Assembly: GCF_004010195.1 (NCBI RefSeq)
Contig: NC_057719.1
Span: forward strand, 18,807,159-18,871,158
Source: Chiloscyllium plagiosum
Taxonomy: Eukaryota
Reading direction: 5' to 3'
Length of the DNA stretch: 64,000 nt
Below, one piece after another: positions 37,591 to 50,739 of this stretch. The position numbers and the translations under genes are program-made. Within the stretch, counting starts at the first letter, position 1. Every line of letters starts with the position of its first letter. Below the pieces are notes generated by a model. The model was given only the letters and a program-made list of their open reading frames with translations, ran no database searches and was not told where the DNA came from.

Positions 37591-40374
37591 CAATTAAAAT
37601 GTGTCTGCTTTAACGCAAGGAGTGTCCGAAATAAGAGTGACTCACTTAGAACATGGATCCATACTTAGAGCTACGATGTTGTGCCGATAATGGAGACGTG
37701 GGTTTCACAGGGGCAGGAACGGTTGCTTGATGTTCCAGGGTTTAGAACATTTAAAAAGAACAAGGAGGGTGGAAAAAGATGAGGGGGTGTAGCATTGCTA
37801 ATCAGAGAGTGCATCACAGCTACAGAAACGAAGGTTGTTGAGGAAGGTTTGTCTACTGAGTCAATTTGGGTGGAATGTAGGAACAGTAAGGGAACAGCAT
37901 TGGGACTTTTCTACAGACCACCTAATAGCAGTAGAGAGATTGAAGAACTCATTGGCGAGCAGATTCTGGAAAAATGCAGTTGTAGCAGAGCTGTTGTTAT
38001 GGGTGATTTCAACTTTCCCAATATCAACTGGAACCTCCTAAGTTCAGATGGTTTGGATGGAGCCATTTTTGTCAGGTGTATTCAGGAGGGTTTCCTTACT
38101 CAGTATGTAGACAGGCCGATGAGGGGAGAGGCCATTTTGGATGAGGTGCTTGGAAATGAGCCAGGATAGGTGTCAGATCTCGTGGTGGGATAACACTTTG
38201 GTGACAGTGATCACAATTGCCTCACATTTACCATAGCCTTGGATAGGGAAAGGAGCAGTTACCGAGGGAAGATATTTAATTGGGGAAAAGGAAATCATGA
38301 CACTGACAGACAGGAGTTGGGAAGTACAGACTGGGAGCAATTGTTCCACAGAAAGGGCACAGCAGACATGTGGAGACTATTTAAGGAGCAGTTGTTGCGA
38401 GTGATGCACGAATTTGTTCCTTTGAGACAGGTAAGAAGGGGTAAGATTAAGGAACCTTGGATGACGAGAACAGAGGAGCTTCTCGTCAAAAGGAAGAAGG
38501 CAGCTTACGTAAGGTGGAGGAAGCAAGGAACTAGCACAGCTTTAGAGGGTTACAGGCTTGCTAGAAAGAAGCTCAGATATGGACTGAGGAGAGCCAGGAG
38601 GGAGCATGAAAAAGGCTTGGCAAGAAGGATTAGGGAGAACCCAAAGGCATTTTACTCATACGTGAGGAATAAGAGAATGACCAGGGAGAAGGTAGGGCCT
38701 TTCAGAGATAAGCCCTTCCTGAAGAAGGGCTTATGCCCGAAACGTCGATTCTCCTGTTCCCTGGATGCTGCCTGACCTGCTGCGTTTTTCCAGCAATACA
38801 TTTTCAGCTCTGATCTCCAGCATCTGCAGACCTCACTTTCTCCTTTCAGGGATAGCGTAGGGAACTTGTGCGTGGAGTCTGAGCAGAAAGGGGAAGCCCT
38901 AAATGAGTTTTTTGCTTCGGTTTTCATTAAGGAAAGGGACCTTGTTGTGAATGAAAACTTTGAGGAGCTGGGATACAGGCTTGAACAGATCAAGACTGAT
39001 GAAGTTGATGTGCTGGAAATTTTGGTGAACATTAAGATTGATAAGTCCCCACGGCCAGACCAGATTTATCCTAGGCTGCTCTGGGAAGTGAGAAAGGAGG
39101 TTGCTAAGCCACTGGCGAGGATATTTGCCTCTTCACTCTCCACGGGTGTCATACCGGGGGATTGGAAGGAGGTGAATATTGTTCCTCTTTTCAAGAAGGG
39201 TAATAGGGAAATCCCTGGCAATTACAGACCAGTCGGTCTTACGTCTGTGATCAGCAAAGTTTTGGAAAGAATTCTGAGGGATAGGATTTATGACTGTTTG
39301 GCAAAGCATAGTGTGATTAAAGGCAGGCAGCTTGGCTTTGTGAGGGGCAGGTCATGTCTCACAAATCTTATTGAGTTCTCTGAGGAGGTGACAGGTGGAC
39401 GAAGGTCGAGCAGTGGATGTGGTGTATATGGACTTCAGCAAGGCATTTGATAAGGTTCCCCATGATAGGCTCATTCATAAAGTTAGGAAGTATGGGATAC
39501 AGGGTGATTTGGCTATCTGGATTCAAAATTGGTTGGCTGACAGAAGGCAGAGAGTGGTTGTAGATGGAAATTATTCTGCCTGGAGGTCAGTGTTGAGTGG
39601 TGTCCCGGAAGGCTCTGTTCTTGGGCCTCTGCTCTTTGTAGTTTTTATAAATGACTTGGATGAGGAGGTTGAGGGGTGGGTTAGTAAATTTGCAGATGAC
39701 ACAAAGGTTGGAGGTATCGTTAATAGTATTGCAGGCTGCAGAGCGACATAAACAGGATGCTGAGCTAGGCTGAGAAATGGCAGATGGAGTTCAACCTGGA
39801 TAAATGTGAAGTGATGCATTTTGGAAGGTCGAACTCGAATGCTGAATATAGGATTAAGGACAGTATTCTTGGCAGTTTGGAGGAACAGAGGGATCTAGGT
39901 GTGCAAATACATAGATCCCTCAAAATTGCCACCCAAGTGGATAGGGTTGTTAAGAAAGCATATGGTGTTTTGGCTTTCATTAACAGGGGGATCGAGTTTA
40001 AGAGCCATGAGGTTTTGCTACAGCTCTATAAGTCCCTGGTGAGACCACACTTGGAATATTGTGTCCAGTTCTGGTCGCTGTACTATTGGAAAGATACAGA
40101 AGCTTTGGAGAGGGTGCAAAGAAGGTTTACCAGGATGCTGCCTGGACTGGAGGGCTTGCCTTATGAAGAGAGGTTGAACAAGTTCAGACTTTTCTCTCTG
40201 GAGAGGAGGAGGAAGAGAGGAGACCTGATTGAGGTATGCAAGATAATTAGAGGAATAGATAGAGTCAATAGCCAGAGACTTTTCCTCAGGGCAGGATTGA
40301 CTGGGGTTTTAAGATATTATGAGAAGGGTATAGAGGAGATGTTAGAGGTAGGTTCTTTACACAGAGAGTTGTGA
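37591..40374 (+). pseudogene. CR1 ORF2 (APE endonuclease and reverse transcriptase), disrupted
   Basis: CFNARS; FYRPP; MGDFN; NYRPVGLTS; YMDFSKAFD; GVPEGSVLGP; KFADDTK; with stops, frameshifts and a PLE insert. Confidence 0.92.
38711..38841 (+). mobile_element. Mini PLE, family A, inserted in CR1 ORF2
   Basis: TSD cctttcag(a/g)gata at 38698-38710 and 38842-38854; intact CTGAAGA-AGGGC-TTAT-GCCC-GAAACGTC. Confidence 0.9.
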
Positions 40375-40819
40375 ATGCATGGAATGCATTGCCAGTGGTG
40401 GTGGTGGAAGCAGAGTCATTAGGGACATTTAAGCAACTGCTGGACATGCTCATGGATAGCAGTGAATTGAGGGGTGTGTAGGTTAAGTTATTATATTTTA
40501 CATTAAGATTAAACCTCGGCACAACATCATGGGCCGAAGGGCCTGTTCTGTGCTGTACTTTTGTATGCTTTATATTTTATTAACAAGTGGATAACTCTCC
40601 ACGAATATTCCTATCCTCAGTTTTGGCAGAGTCCAGCACTACAATTCCAAAGACAAAGAGTTTGTAATTATTTTCAGACACAACAGCCAAGTAGGTGATC
40701 CATCTTGGTCTCATCCTGAGGTCCCCATCATTACAAATGTCCGTTTCCAGCCAATTCTATTCACTCCATGAGTGAATCTTAATTACATCAAGAAGTGGCA
40801 AAAGCTGCTGAATACAGCA

Positions 40820-40990
40820 GCATGGGTGGCACAGTGGCTCAGTGGTCAGCAATGCTGCCTCACAGCACCAGGAATCTGGGTTCAATTCCAGCCTTGGGCG
40901 ACTGTCTCTGTGGGTTACTCTTCGGAGATTCAGTGTGGACTGGTGGGGCTGAAGGGCCTGTTTCTGCACTGTAGGGAATCCAATCTAAAC
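40820..40990 (+). mobile_element. Internally deleted HE1 SINE (head and tail only)
   Basis: Head joined to tail at a gtgg microhomology; flanks acagcag / acagtag. Confidence 0.8.
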
Positions 40991-42681
40991 AGTAGGTACT
41001 ATAAGCCATGATAACACCCCAGCTTTAATATGGAAGACTTGTGCTCCAGTAGAAGCAACACCCATAGCCAGGTTGATACACTGCAGCTGCAATGTTGGCA
41101 TTTACTCGACAATGTGGGATATTGACTAGGAATGTCCTTTCCACAAAATGGCAGGACAAATTCAATCTGATCAATTACTATACTCTCAATCAAGAGCAAA
41201 GTGATGGAATGGGCCTTTAAAAGGGCTGTGAAGAGGCACTTATTTTGCAATAACCTACTCACCAATGTACAATTTGGATTCCTCCAGGGCCATTCAGCTC
41301 CAGGCCAGCTTATAGTCTTTGATTAAACGAGCTGATTTCCAGAGGTGAGGTGAGAGTGATTGCAATCTTTGACATCAAAGCAGCAATTGACCAAGTGTGG
41401 TTTCAAAGAGTCCTAGTAAAATTACAGTCAATGTGAATCGGGGGCAATTCTCCACTGCTCAGAGGCACACCGAGCAGAAATGAAGGTCAACCACTAACGC
41501 ACAAAGACAAACAAAATTATTGAAACATGTGTGTCATCCACAAACAGCCATATTTACTGCACTTATTCCATGATTATTAATTTGCTCATCTTACACTGAT
41601 CTGGATGTTGTATGATTACGATACACAATGTATTATGTTCTAGCATTTTATTTATGGTAGGCTCTTCTGCACTCTTTAACAGCCTGTATAGGTAAAAGAG
41701 CCAACTGTTATTTTGTTATATGTGGGGATCAGATTCCCTCCATTGTCATTCCGTTGTGCATGTTGTTCTTCAAAATTTCTCAATTCATACCACCATGTTA
41801 TTGTATTGGCTCCTTTTAATGTCTAAGTGAAGTAATAGTTCAATAAAACAATATAGGATCTTTACTGTAACTTGAACTGGAACATATACACACACACCAT
41901 GAGTATATGAGCATATTTAAGCATCTTTTACTCTGTTAGTTTATACTCATAAATCCTGGGTGCTGAGAGAAATAATAGCACTTTGTTTAGTGATTTTCCA
42001 AGTACAGTCTCTTAAAGCGAGGTTACAATGGGAAGAATTTTATCAGTTATATTGACGAGCCCAAACGTATCCATCAAAAGATGACTGTTCAAAGTATTCT
42101 TCATCTCAAAGAGTGTTATCACTGCTTGACAAGTGATTGTCAACTATTTGGAAGGCACTTGGCACATCTATTTCTTCTCTTGCCTTCAGCTCAGTAGACT
42201 GCCTCCAGCCTAATGGAAGCATCTCCCACCTCTGCTGAAGTTCAAAAGTGGAGATCTCCTCCAATAGCAGGCTGAATGCCAGCAGCAGCCTCAGCTACAT
42301 GCCCGTCCACAAAAAATCTGGAATGGATACAGAGATCCAGCTGGAAGTGGGAAAAGCCTCCTTGCAAGGGTCTAGAGGCAGAGGATTAGTTTTCATAATA
42401 AGTTGCTGTTGTCTTTTGAAAACATCGTGAACCAGACTTCCTTCCCATTAGACTAGATGGTTACATTTTGCCATAGCTGAGAAGGTGCCCTTTACTGAGG
42501 ATGACCACCTTCAATCCCCACAGACCCCAGGTTCGCTGCCTATTGCAACTCATATTTGTGTCGTAGAGAATATGGGTATCTGTTACACCCCATTTGCAGA
42601 AGAGGAATGGACAACACTTTTTAAAAAATTTCATTCTTGGGATGTGGACATTGCTGATAAAATCACATTTGTTGTCCATTC

Positions 42682-43062
42682 ATAGAATCATGGAATCTCT
42701 ACAGTGTGGAAAGAGGCCATTTGGCCTATCAAGTCTGCACCAACTCTCCGAAGAGCATCCCACCCAGACTCAGCCTCCCCACCCTATCCAAGTAACTCCA
42801 CATTTTCCATGGCGAATCCACCTAGCCTGCACATCACTGGACACCATGGACAATAAAGGATATTCTATCTTATTTAAAATTTAGCCTGGCCAATCCAACC
42901 ATCCTACACATCTTTGGAACATAGGAGGAAACTGAAGCACATGACGGAAACCGATGTAGACATAGGGAGAATGTGCAAACTCCACGCAGATAGTCACCCT
43001 AGTTGCAATCAAACTCAGGTCCCTAGTGCTGCAACGCAGCAGTGTTAACCACTCACCATTGT
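42682..43062 (-). mobile_element. HE1-type V-SINE
   Basis: catagaatcatggaatc tail; V-domain agaatgtgcaaactccac. Confidence 0.85.
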
Positions 43063-43074
43063 GTTGTCCATGCT

Positions 43075-43200
43075 GAATTTTTTTATCAAATTCAAATTTC
43101 ACCAGCTACCCCACAGTAGGATTCGAACATGTCCCAAGAACATTAGCTCAAAGTTCTGGATTGCTAGTTTAGTGACATTATTACGTTGTTATTGCATCTC
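43075..43200 (-). mobile_element. SINE family 2 head fragment
   Basis: aattcaaatttcacca...ggattcgaac. Confidence 0.6.
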
Positions 43201-43224
43201 CCCTAAACCAACTTTCCCTTTTGC

Positions 43225-44045
43225 TAAACATCCTGAAGAAGAAGAAAATGCTGTGGTGTTTCTTCCTCAAACCACTGTAATGTATGCTGTGAAGGTGCAA
43301 CACAATGCTATTGGAGAGGTAGCTCCAGGATTTTAATCCCAATAACAATGAAGGAATGGCAATATAGTTCCAAATCGAAGATGGTGTGTGGTGTGGAGAG
43401 GTACCTGCAAATGGTAGTATTCCCACATATCTGCTGCTCATGTCCTTTTCAATGGCAAAGATCATGGGTATGGAATGTGTTGCAGAAGAAGGCTTGGTGA
43501 GTTACTACTCTACATTTTGTAGACGGTACCCACTGCTATCACTTATTGAAGGTTGTGCCAATGAATGGAGTGCTAATCCTTCGGGTGGCTTTGTCGTGAC
43601 TGTGTTGATCTTCTTGTGTATTGTTGGAATTGCATCCATCCAGGCAAATAAAGAGCATTCAATCGTGCTTCCAGCTTGTGCCTTGTAGCTAGTGTGTAGA
43701 CATTGCAGAGATAGGAGGTGAGTTACTCATTATAGAATTCCAAGTCTCTGATCTACTTCTATAGTTACAATATTTACATGGTTGGTCCAGTTTAGTTTTA
43801 GGTCAGTGGATGTTGACAGTGGGTAATTCAGCAATGGTAATGCCATTACATATTCATGGGAGGTGAATCAATCTCTTTTGTTCGTGATGGTCATTGCCTA
43901 GCACTCGTGCAGTCAGAATGTTGCTTGACACTTATCAGCTCAAACTTGAATTTTGTCCAGGTTTTGCTGCATGAGGACTGTATCAGTATCTGAGGAGTCA
44001 TGAATGAGGCTGAGCATTGTGCAATCATTAACAAACATCTACAAC
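43225..44045 (-). mobile_element. LINE family 2 3' fragment
   Basis: aggaggtgagttactc and tggtcattgccta motifs as in other copies. Confidence 0.7.
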
Positions 44046-44589
44046 CTCAGCATCTATATTGGACCAGGACCTGTGAGAGTGTGTGGGATGGAGGTCGGAG
44101 ATGCCTCTGAGAACAGGGAATGGGGCAATCACTGGTTGGGCTGTAAATATTCCTGTTAGAAGAGGAGAGGCAAATGCCTAGGGGTTGTCGGGATAATACC
44201 AGTGAAGGGGTGGGAGTGTGTGAAATGCCTGTGAGAAGAGGCAGGGAAGTTCTGGTGAGAGGTGAAGTACAGGGGGTGATGCCTGGGAACGGGGGAATGT
44301 GAGACGAGCAGGACAGAAGATGCCTGTGAACAAGGTAAGAGGGTGTATAGTGATGTCTCAGAAGGGAGGGGGAGAATACCAGTTAGAGCAGGGTTGGAAA
44401 TTCTTGTCAGAGCAGTGGGGGAGGTGAAGGATAAGCTGTTTAATTCACAGGGTTTATAAATAGAAAGCAACCAGGTTCCCATTCTTTTTTGGACACGGTT
44501 TAGGCCTACAAGATTGGTCATTCAGTCTATGCCCACTATTTTAAAGAAGAATTGCAGTTAAAGGGGCCTTACAGCTGCTGTATTGGAGC

Positions 44590-45000
44590 TCATAACCCTT
44601 CCTTGGAGGTTGCAAGCCACTGTTTGAGAAGCTCTATATTCGCAGCTCTGGAATTTTGTCACTAAACCATGACAAAGTTCTACCTCTCCCACCTTCTTTA
44701 CAATACACCTTGAAACTTGCATCTCCTATCAAATAGTTGGTCAGCTGTTCTGATGTCTCCTTTTGTGGCTTCATGTCAAGTTTTCATTAAATGAAGTGAG
44801 GAAACTTCATGCCGGTGGAAACACCACAGAAGCGCTTCACAGGAGGCTCCCAAGCACTGAGGATGTCACCTAGACAGGGAACGAAACGTTTGCAACAAAA
44901 ATGTCCAGCTCGGCGAACAGAACCACAACAACATTAAATGAAGTGCCTTGAGACATTATACTACATAATGAGACAACATTAATACATATTGTTGTTGTTG
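44590..45000 (+). mobile_element. L2-like 3' tail hosting a PLE insert
   Basis: gctctggaatt...gaagtgccttgagacatt...(ttg)n end. Confidence 0.45.
44799..44931 (+). mobile_element. Mini PLE, family C, with hammerhead
   Basis: Perfect 14 bp TSD cattaaatgaagtg at 44785-44798 and 44932-44945; GCA-CTGAGGA...GAAACGTT-TGC. Confidence 0.85.
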
Positions 45001-45914
45001 TTTAGACCAAAGCAACACAGCAACCCAAGAGAAACTGCATGAAAGTAGTTTAGCTTGTTGATAGAAAAACTGAGTAAAATGTAATGAAGTAAAGAGAGTT
45101 GGAACAGAAGGGGTAATCCACACTGGAATAGGATGAGAAGTAGGATGTTTGCAAGGAATATTAAAAATTGGGTGCAATGCAAATTTGATGGGTTGACATT
45201 TGAAAGGGTTTGTGGAGTGAGGTCTGTAGAGAAGATCATGCAGGGTAATGGAAGAGATCAGGGCTAGGCCAAAAATACGGCACCACAAGGGGTGTCAAGT
45301 TACCTAGACATCAAGACTCAGCAATTAAATAGGAAGGTTAAGGGGACAAAGACTAAAAGTAGATGTGTATATGTATGACTGTCACAAGCACTTGAAATAA
45401 AGTGGTTGAACTTGAAGCATGGGCTGCAACTGATAATTATAATGTCGTAGGAATCACAGAGACATGGCTAACCCAGGGTGATGAAAATGAATGCGACGTA
45501 CAAAGATAAAGAAAATCAGGAAGGATGGGAGGGAACAGGATATGTGGAGAGTTTGCCTTATTGTCAGGAACACTGGGAGGTGAAGAACCAGTCTCACAGG
45601 AAAGTGTTGAACTCTATGGCCAGACATGTGTAAATAAGAAAAAAGGCAGAATAACACATACAGGTAGTTTTCCAACTTTGCACTCACAGTGGGAAGTAAC
45701 AACCACTGACAATGCAACCATGGACTATACAAATATATGGCCTTTATTTGAATACCTTGTGTATCACAGTTGTGAAATTTTAGCAGGCATTAATAGTTGT
45801 GCAACATTGGAAGGTTACTCATTTGAGATTTGAAATCAAAGCAAGATAAGAAGAATTCCTCACAATGATTCAACGGATATGAAATCAAACTTAATTTGTT
45901 GTTTGATCATATAG

Positions 45915-46820
45915 ACTTGAGTATTTCTGAAAAAAAGAGACATTTTTTGGAAGCTTTTCAGCTGGCATTCATCAGGACAATTCAACTGAAATCTCAAAGT
46001 AAAGAGACAACATCATTTACACTGCATGAGAGAGGAATGCTGGTTGGTTGGCAAGTGGGTTCTGACTGGTCGAAGCATTACCATAGAAAATGCACCAATT
46101 AATGATGACTAACTATTAACAGGCAAACCTAAAAGATGCTGGAGAAACTCAGTCGATTTTGCAGTATTTGTGGAGACAGAAACAGAGTTAATACTTTGAG
46201 TCTGTTATGACTCTGCTTCAAAACTGGCAAGCTTTGTTAAAATTTTAAACCAGGCAGGTTGACTTTGGTTAGTCAAGGCATTGCCATGACAAATGAACCA
46301 AAGAATGGCAATCACCTATTTTGTTGAATCAAACCAGATGCAATGTGTATAACTGCTCTTTCTGTCTACAAATAACAGGATTCTATGTAATGTTTAATGT
46401 GGTTTTTACAGTTGGACATCATTGCTGAATAGTCCTGAGTATGTGAAGAATTATACTGACAACTAATTTAGGATTGTCACTTGGCACAGTGTAGCACACT
46501 TGAGGAGCCTTCATACATTAATATACAGGGCACTGTTCTTTACCGACAAAAGGGACATGTATTAACTCTACTAAATTCTTGGTTGATCAGTCAGCCGAAA
46601 TTTATGACAAAGCTTAACGTTTACCATTCATTATTAACTGGTGCATTCTCCTTAGCAATACTTCTATTAATCAAAGTCCATTTGCCAACCAACCAGCATG
46701 CTTTTTTCATATAGTGTAAATGTTGTTTTCTGTTTACTTTTGTACAACTTGCAAATTATCCTGATCAGTGCAAAAAGAAAAGCTTTGGGAAAACAATGTG
46801 ATTTTTTTCAACATTGCACT
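45915..46820. mobile_element. Inverted pair of a fourth PLE-like terminal repeat (family D), with a family-B insert at about 46130-46222
   Basis: Minus gtcctgatgaatgccagctgaaaagcttc at 45950-45978; plus cctgatcagtgcaaaaagaaaagcttt at 46760-46786; gcatgctggttggttggcaa motif in both orientations. Confidence 0.55.
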
Positions 46821-47719
46821 AAGGATAAGTTGATGAATTTCAAGAAGGGGAATTTCAATGAGATGATCCGAAACCAGCAATGCCCAAGCTGGGGGGAATC
46901 TGGCTAAATTAGACATATCTACTAATGAGGAATGAGTTGCTTTCCACAAAAAAAAACACAAAATCAACAATGCAACTGTCAGCCACTCATTCGTCTTGAC
47001 ATGCGATGTGAACCAAAGTTAGGTCTGGACCTGATTACCATGCCGCAAGCAACCATTGGCCATTAAGGAGATGAACAATGCCAACTCCAGGAGGCAGTGT
47101 ATACACTGATCCAAAGGCTTACCCAGCCAGCAGGAAATTCAGTACGTAGGTGTGCAACAGAAGATTACTTGAGCTGCACGAAGAGACCAGGGTAGCAATG
47201 AGATGTGGAAATTCTGTCACTTGTGAGTAATCCAAACATCATTCAATGAAATGCCACAGACACCACTAAGATGACAGTTATCAGGCTAGAGTTACACTGT
47301 GATAATAATTAAATGCATTTGTTTCTAAATCTTCCAAAAGATAACATGAAAGGATAACAAAGTAATAAAAAAGACTTTGGCATGAGGGACTCACCTCATG
47401 TTCAATTAATGATGGCCAAGTTGGCTTATCCAATTCAATGACTTTCAAACTAATTTCTGAGGTCAAACTTGTGAAAGTAAAGCCTAGAATAGAACTTAAT
47501 TAGGATTTGTTAACATATGCTGAGACTGACTCAACAATAAATGTACTGGTGACAAATGAACTTTCATCAACATCATTAGAGCAGAACCAACATATCACTT
47601 TATATATTAATGATCTGGAAGAAGGAACTGGGGCATTCTGACAAAGTTTGCCGATGATATGAAGTTAGGCAGACAGGCAGGTAGTACTGAGGAAGTGGGG
47701 AGGCTGCAGAAAGATTTAG

Positions 47720-48011
47720 TAGGCAAAAGCGAGGACTGCAGATACTGGATACCAGAGTTTAGATCAGAGAGGTGCTGGAAAAGCACAGCAAGTCAGAAGG
47801 GCTTATGCCCGAAACGTCGATTCTCCTTCTCCTTTGATGCTGCCTGACCTGCTGCGCTTTTCCAGCAACACATTTTTAAGTCAGGTAGCATCCAAGGAGC
47901 AGGAAAATCAACGTTTTGGGCATAAGCCCTTCATCAGGAAACATCGATTTTCCTGCTCCTCGGATGCTGCCTGACCTGCTGTGCTTTTCCAGCACCACTC
48001 TGATCTAAAAA
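47720..48011. mobile_element. Inverted mini PLE, family A
   Basis: Perfect 16 bp TSD ctgcagaaagatttag at 47704-47719 and 48012-48027. Confidence 0.9.
47797..47877 (+). mobile_element. Younger PLE fragment inserted in the preceding PLE
   Basis: TSD aagtcag at 47790-47796 and 47878-47884. Confidence 0.75.
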
Positions 48012-48333
48012 CTGCAGAAAGATTTAGACAGTTTAGGAGAGTGGTCCAGGAAATGGCTAATGAAATTCAATGTGTGTAAATGCGAGGTCTTGCACTTTGG
48101 GAAAAAAAAATACAGGCATGGACTACTTTCTAAACAGTGAGAAAATTTATAAAGCCAAAGTACAAAGGGATGTGGGACTGCTAATCAAGGATTCTCTAAA
48201 GGTTAATTTGCATGTTGAGTCCATGTTTAAGAAAGCGAATGAAATGTTGTCATTTATCTCGAGGGTCGGAATTTAAAAGCAGCAAAGTGCTTCTGAGACT
48301 TTATAAAGCTCTAGTTAGGCCCCATTTAGAACA

Positions 48334-49537
48334 CAGAGGAACCTCAATTATCTGAATATCAATTATCAGAATTTCGGATTATCTGAAGGAGATCTCAAGG
48401 TCCCGATAGAAACATTTCATCAAAAACGTGTTTTCAACACTGATTGCGTCTTTTGTTTACAATGATTAAAAATGAACTCGGCTTAGAACATAGAACATAG
48501 AACATAGAACAATACAGCACAGAATAGGCCCTTCGGCCCACGATGTTGTGCCGAACATTTGTCCTAGCTTAAGCACCCATCCATGTACCTATTCAATTGC
48601 CGCTTAAAGGTCACCAAAGATTCTGACTCTACCACTCCCACAGGCAGCGCATTCCATGCCCCCACCACTCTCTGGGTAAAGAACCCACCCCTGACATCTC
48701 CCCTATACCTTCCACCCTTCACCTTAAATTTATGTCCCCTTGTAACACTCTGTTGTACCCGGGGAAAAAGTTTCTGACTGGCTTACTGAAATGCTGTCAA
48801 GAATGGTCCTCGACAATGATGGGATTCCAGGCACCATCTCCAAATGAATGACCTCCTGCTCTCTCTCTCTCTCTCTCCCCCCACACTTTTTCTGGAGTTC
48901 TACACAGGGGTGTATCCTAAACCCTCCTTCCCCAGATAATCCCTCCAACATTGTACAGGTTGTGTGTGTGCGCGCAAGTGAACTCTATTTAGGGGGTCAG
49001 ATGGGGAGTCGGGGACGGGTTTGGGGTACGGGCGGGGATGGACTGGGCAGAGTGGTTTGACGGGGTTGGGGCAGATGGTGGGGCAGGGATTGGGGTGGAT
49101 TGTAGGCGGAGTTGTGGGAGGAGACAGGGGGCAGGGTTGGGAGGACAGGCAGGGGCAGGGGTGGAGTGTCGGACAGGGGGTGGGGTGGGTGCAGATAGGG
49201 AGGGGTGCAGGGGCATGCACGTGGTGTGCAGCCTAGTCTCCTGAACGGGGAGTTGACTTAACAAGTGCTCGCTGTGTCAATCCCATTGAACTGATGGTGG
49301 GGTGGGTGTGTGTGCAGGAGACTTCAGCAATGCTACAGGTCCCTTACACACAAGTATGTATCTGCTCAGAAACAAACTCTGAGACAGAGAGAGGGAGCAA
49401 GGCAGGCAGAGTGAGGAAAAAGAAACTTCAGAAAACTCCGAGACCCAGAGGAGAGGCATGATTCAATTAACTGACTAATCAATTATCCAAACAAAATAGT
49501 GCCCGCCCATCTCATTCAGATAATTGAGGTTCCCCTA
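48334..49537. mobile_element. Tigger/pogo-like MITE
   Basis: TIRs cagaggaacctcaattatctgaa / ttcagataattgaggttccccta; inserted at a TA (left copy mutated to CA) in the CR1 Tyr codon. Confidence 0.8.
48486..48779 (-). mobile_element. Young CR1 3' end inside the MITE
   Basis: (agaacat)n tail; TSD ggctta at 48480-48485 and 48780-48785. Confidence 0.88.
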
Positions 49538-50739
49538 TACTGTGTCAAATTTTGGGCCTCATACCTCAGGAAGGACATACTGGCACTGGAGCATGTCCAG
49601 CAGAGATTCACATGAATGATCCCTGGAATGATGGGCCTAACATAAGATGAACAGCTGAGGATGCTGGGATTGTATTCATTAGGCTTTAGAAGGTTGAGGG
49701 GAGATCTAATAGAAACTAATAAGATAATGCATGGCTTAGAAAGGATGAACGCTGGGAAGTTGTTTCCATAAGGTGGGGAAATTAGGACCTGTGGGCACAG
49801 CCTTAGAATTAGTGGGGGTCAAGTTAGAATGGAAATGAGGACACATTTCTTCAGACAGAGAGTGGTGGGCCTGTGGAATTCATTGCCACAGAGCGCAGTG
49901 GAGGTCTGGACGTTAACTGTCTTCAAGGCAGAGATTGATAAATTCTTGATCTCGCAAGGAATTAAGGGCTCCAGGGAGAGTGCGGGTAAGTGGAGTTGAA
50001 ATGCCCATTAGCCATGATTAAATGGCGGAGTGGATTTGATGGGCTGAAGGGCTTTACTTCCACTCCTATGTCTTATGGTCTTATGGTCTTATAGTCTAAT
50101 ATCAACAACAAAGTAAATAAAATGTTTCAAGAACGAAGCATGACCACAATCTGTCTAAAATTTTCCTTTTGCATGTGCATACTATCTATCTGAGACAATT
50201 TCAAAATGAATTTAAGCCAGTTTCAATAGGAACTTAATAGGAACGAGGTTGATGTTGCCCAAGCTAATTTCACATTGGAACTTACAGCTAATAACGTAAG
50301 GTTACCCACTGAATCGTCTACTTTTCTCTGTTAATTTATCTTTTGACCACAAGCTCTGTGTTATCAAGAAATATGGGAATATATCCTCTGCTACGGATAG
50401 AGATACATCATTAGTTTATCAATCTAATCCAACTAAAACTCTGTTGGGTCATTTCTGCATCAGCTGAACACAGAACTGTTAGAATTGACTTCAGTTGCCT
50501 CATGGCAAGGAATGATTCAATCTTTTGATGTGCATTGGAAAGAGCATGTAGTTGGTCAGAACATAACATGTGTGTGAATTGTGTGAATTAGATTTCCACC
50601 ACCCTTCGGTGAAGTGACACTAGTTCAACTTGAAGTAAAATCAGGCCGATATTCTTCTGAGTAATTTTAGTATACTTTATGAATCAGAATTATATAAAAG
50701 GAATGGTAGAGAGGACAACCCCTGGAACCCTACAGACTC

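Larger units (their letters stand above)
36320..40575 (+). mobile_element. Near full-length decayed CR1 LINE, about 4.25 kb
   Basis: 5'UTR, ORF1, ORF2 and 3'UTR in order. Confidence 0.95.
34112..41480 (+). mobile_element. Old LINE family 2 copy (5'UTR, APE, start of RT) hosting four direct insertions
   Basis: Host pieces 34112-34270, 34630-35548, 36258-36318 and 40576-41480; last piece collinear with 62853-63400 (cagccaattc.attcactcca). Confidence 0.65.
47598..50092 (+). mobile_element. 5'-truncated CR1 hosting nested PLEs and a MITE
   Basis: YINDL..KFADD near 47602-47660; LVRPHLE|YCV split by the MITE; tcttatgg repeat tail. Confidence 0.88.

Noticed and set aside
42190..42430. GC-richer island with splice-acceptor-like sites on both strands
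   Set aside because: All frames close shortly after either acceptor; no recognisable product.
48900..49264. Pro-rich and Gly-rich ORFs
   Set aside because: G-rich low-complexity interior of the MITE.
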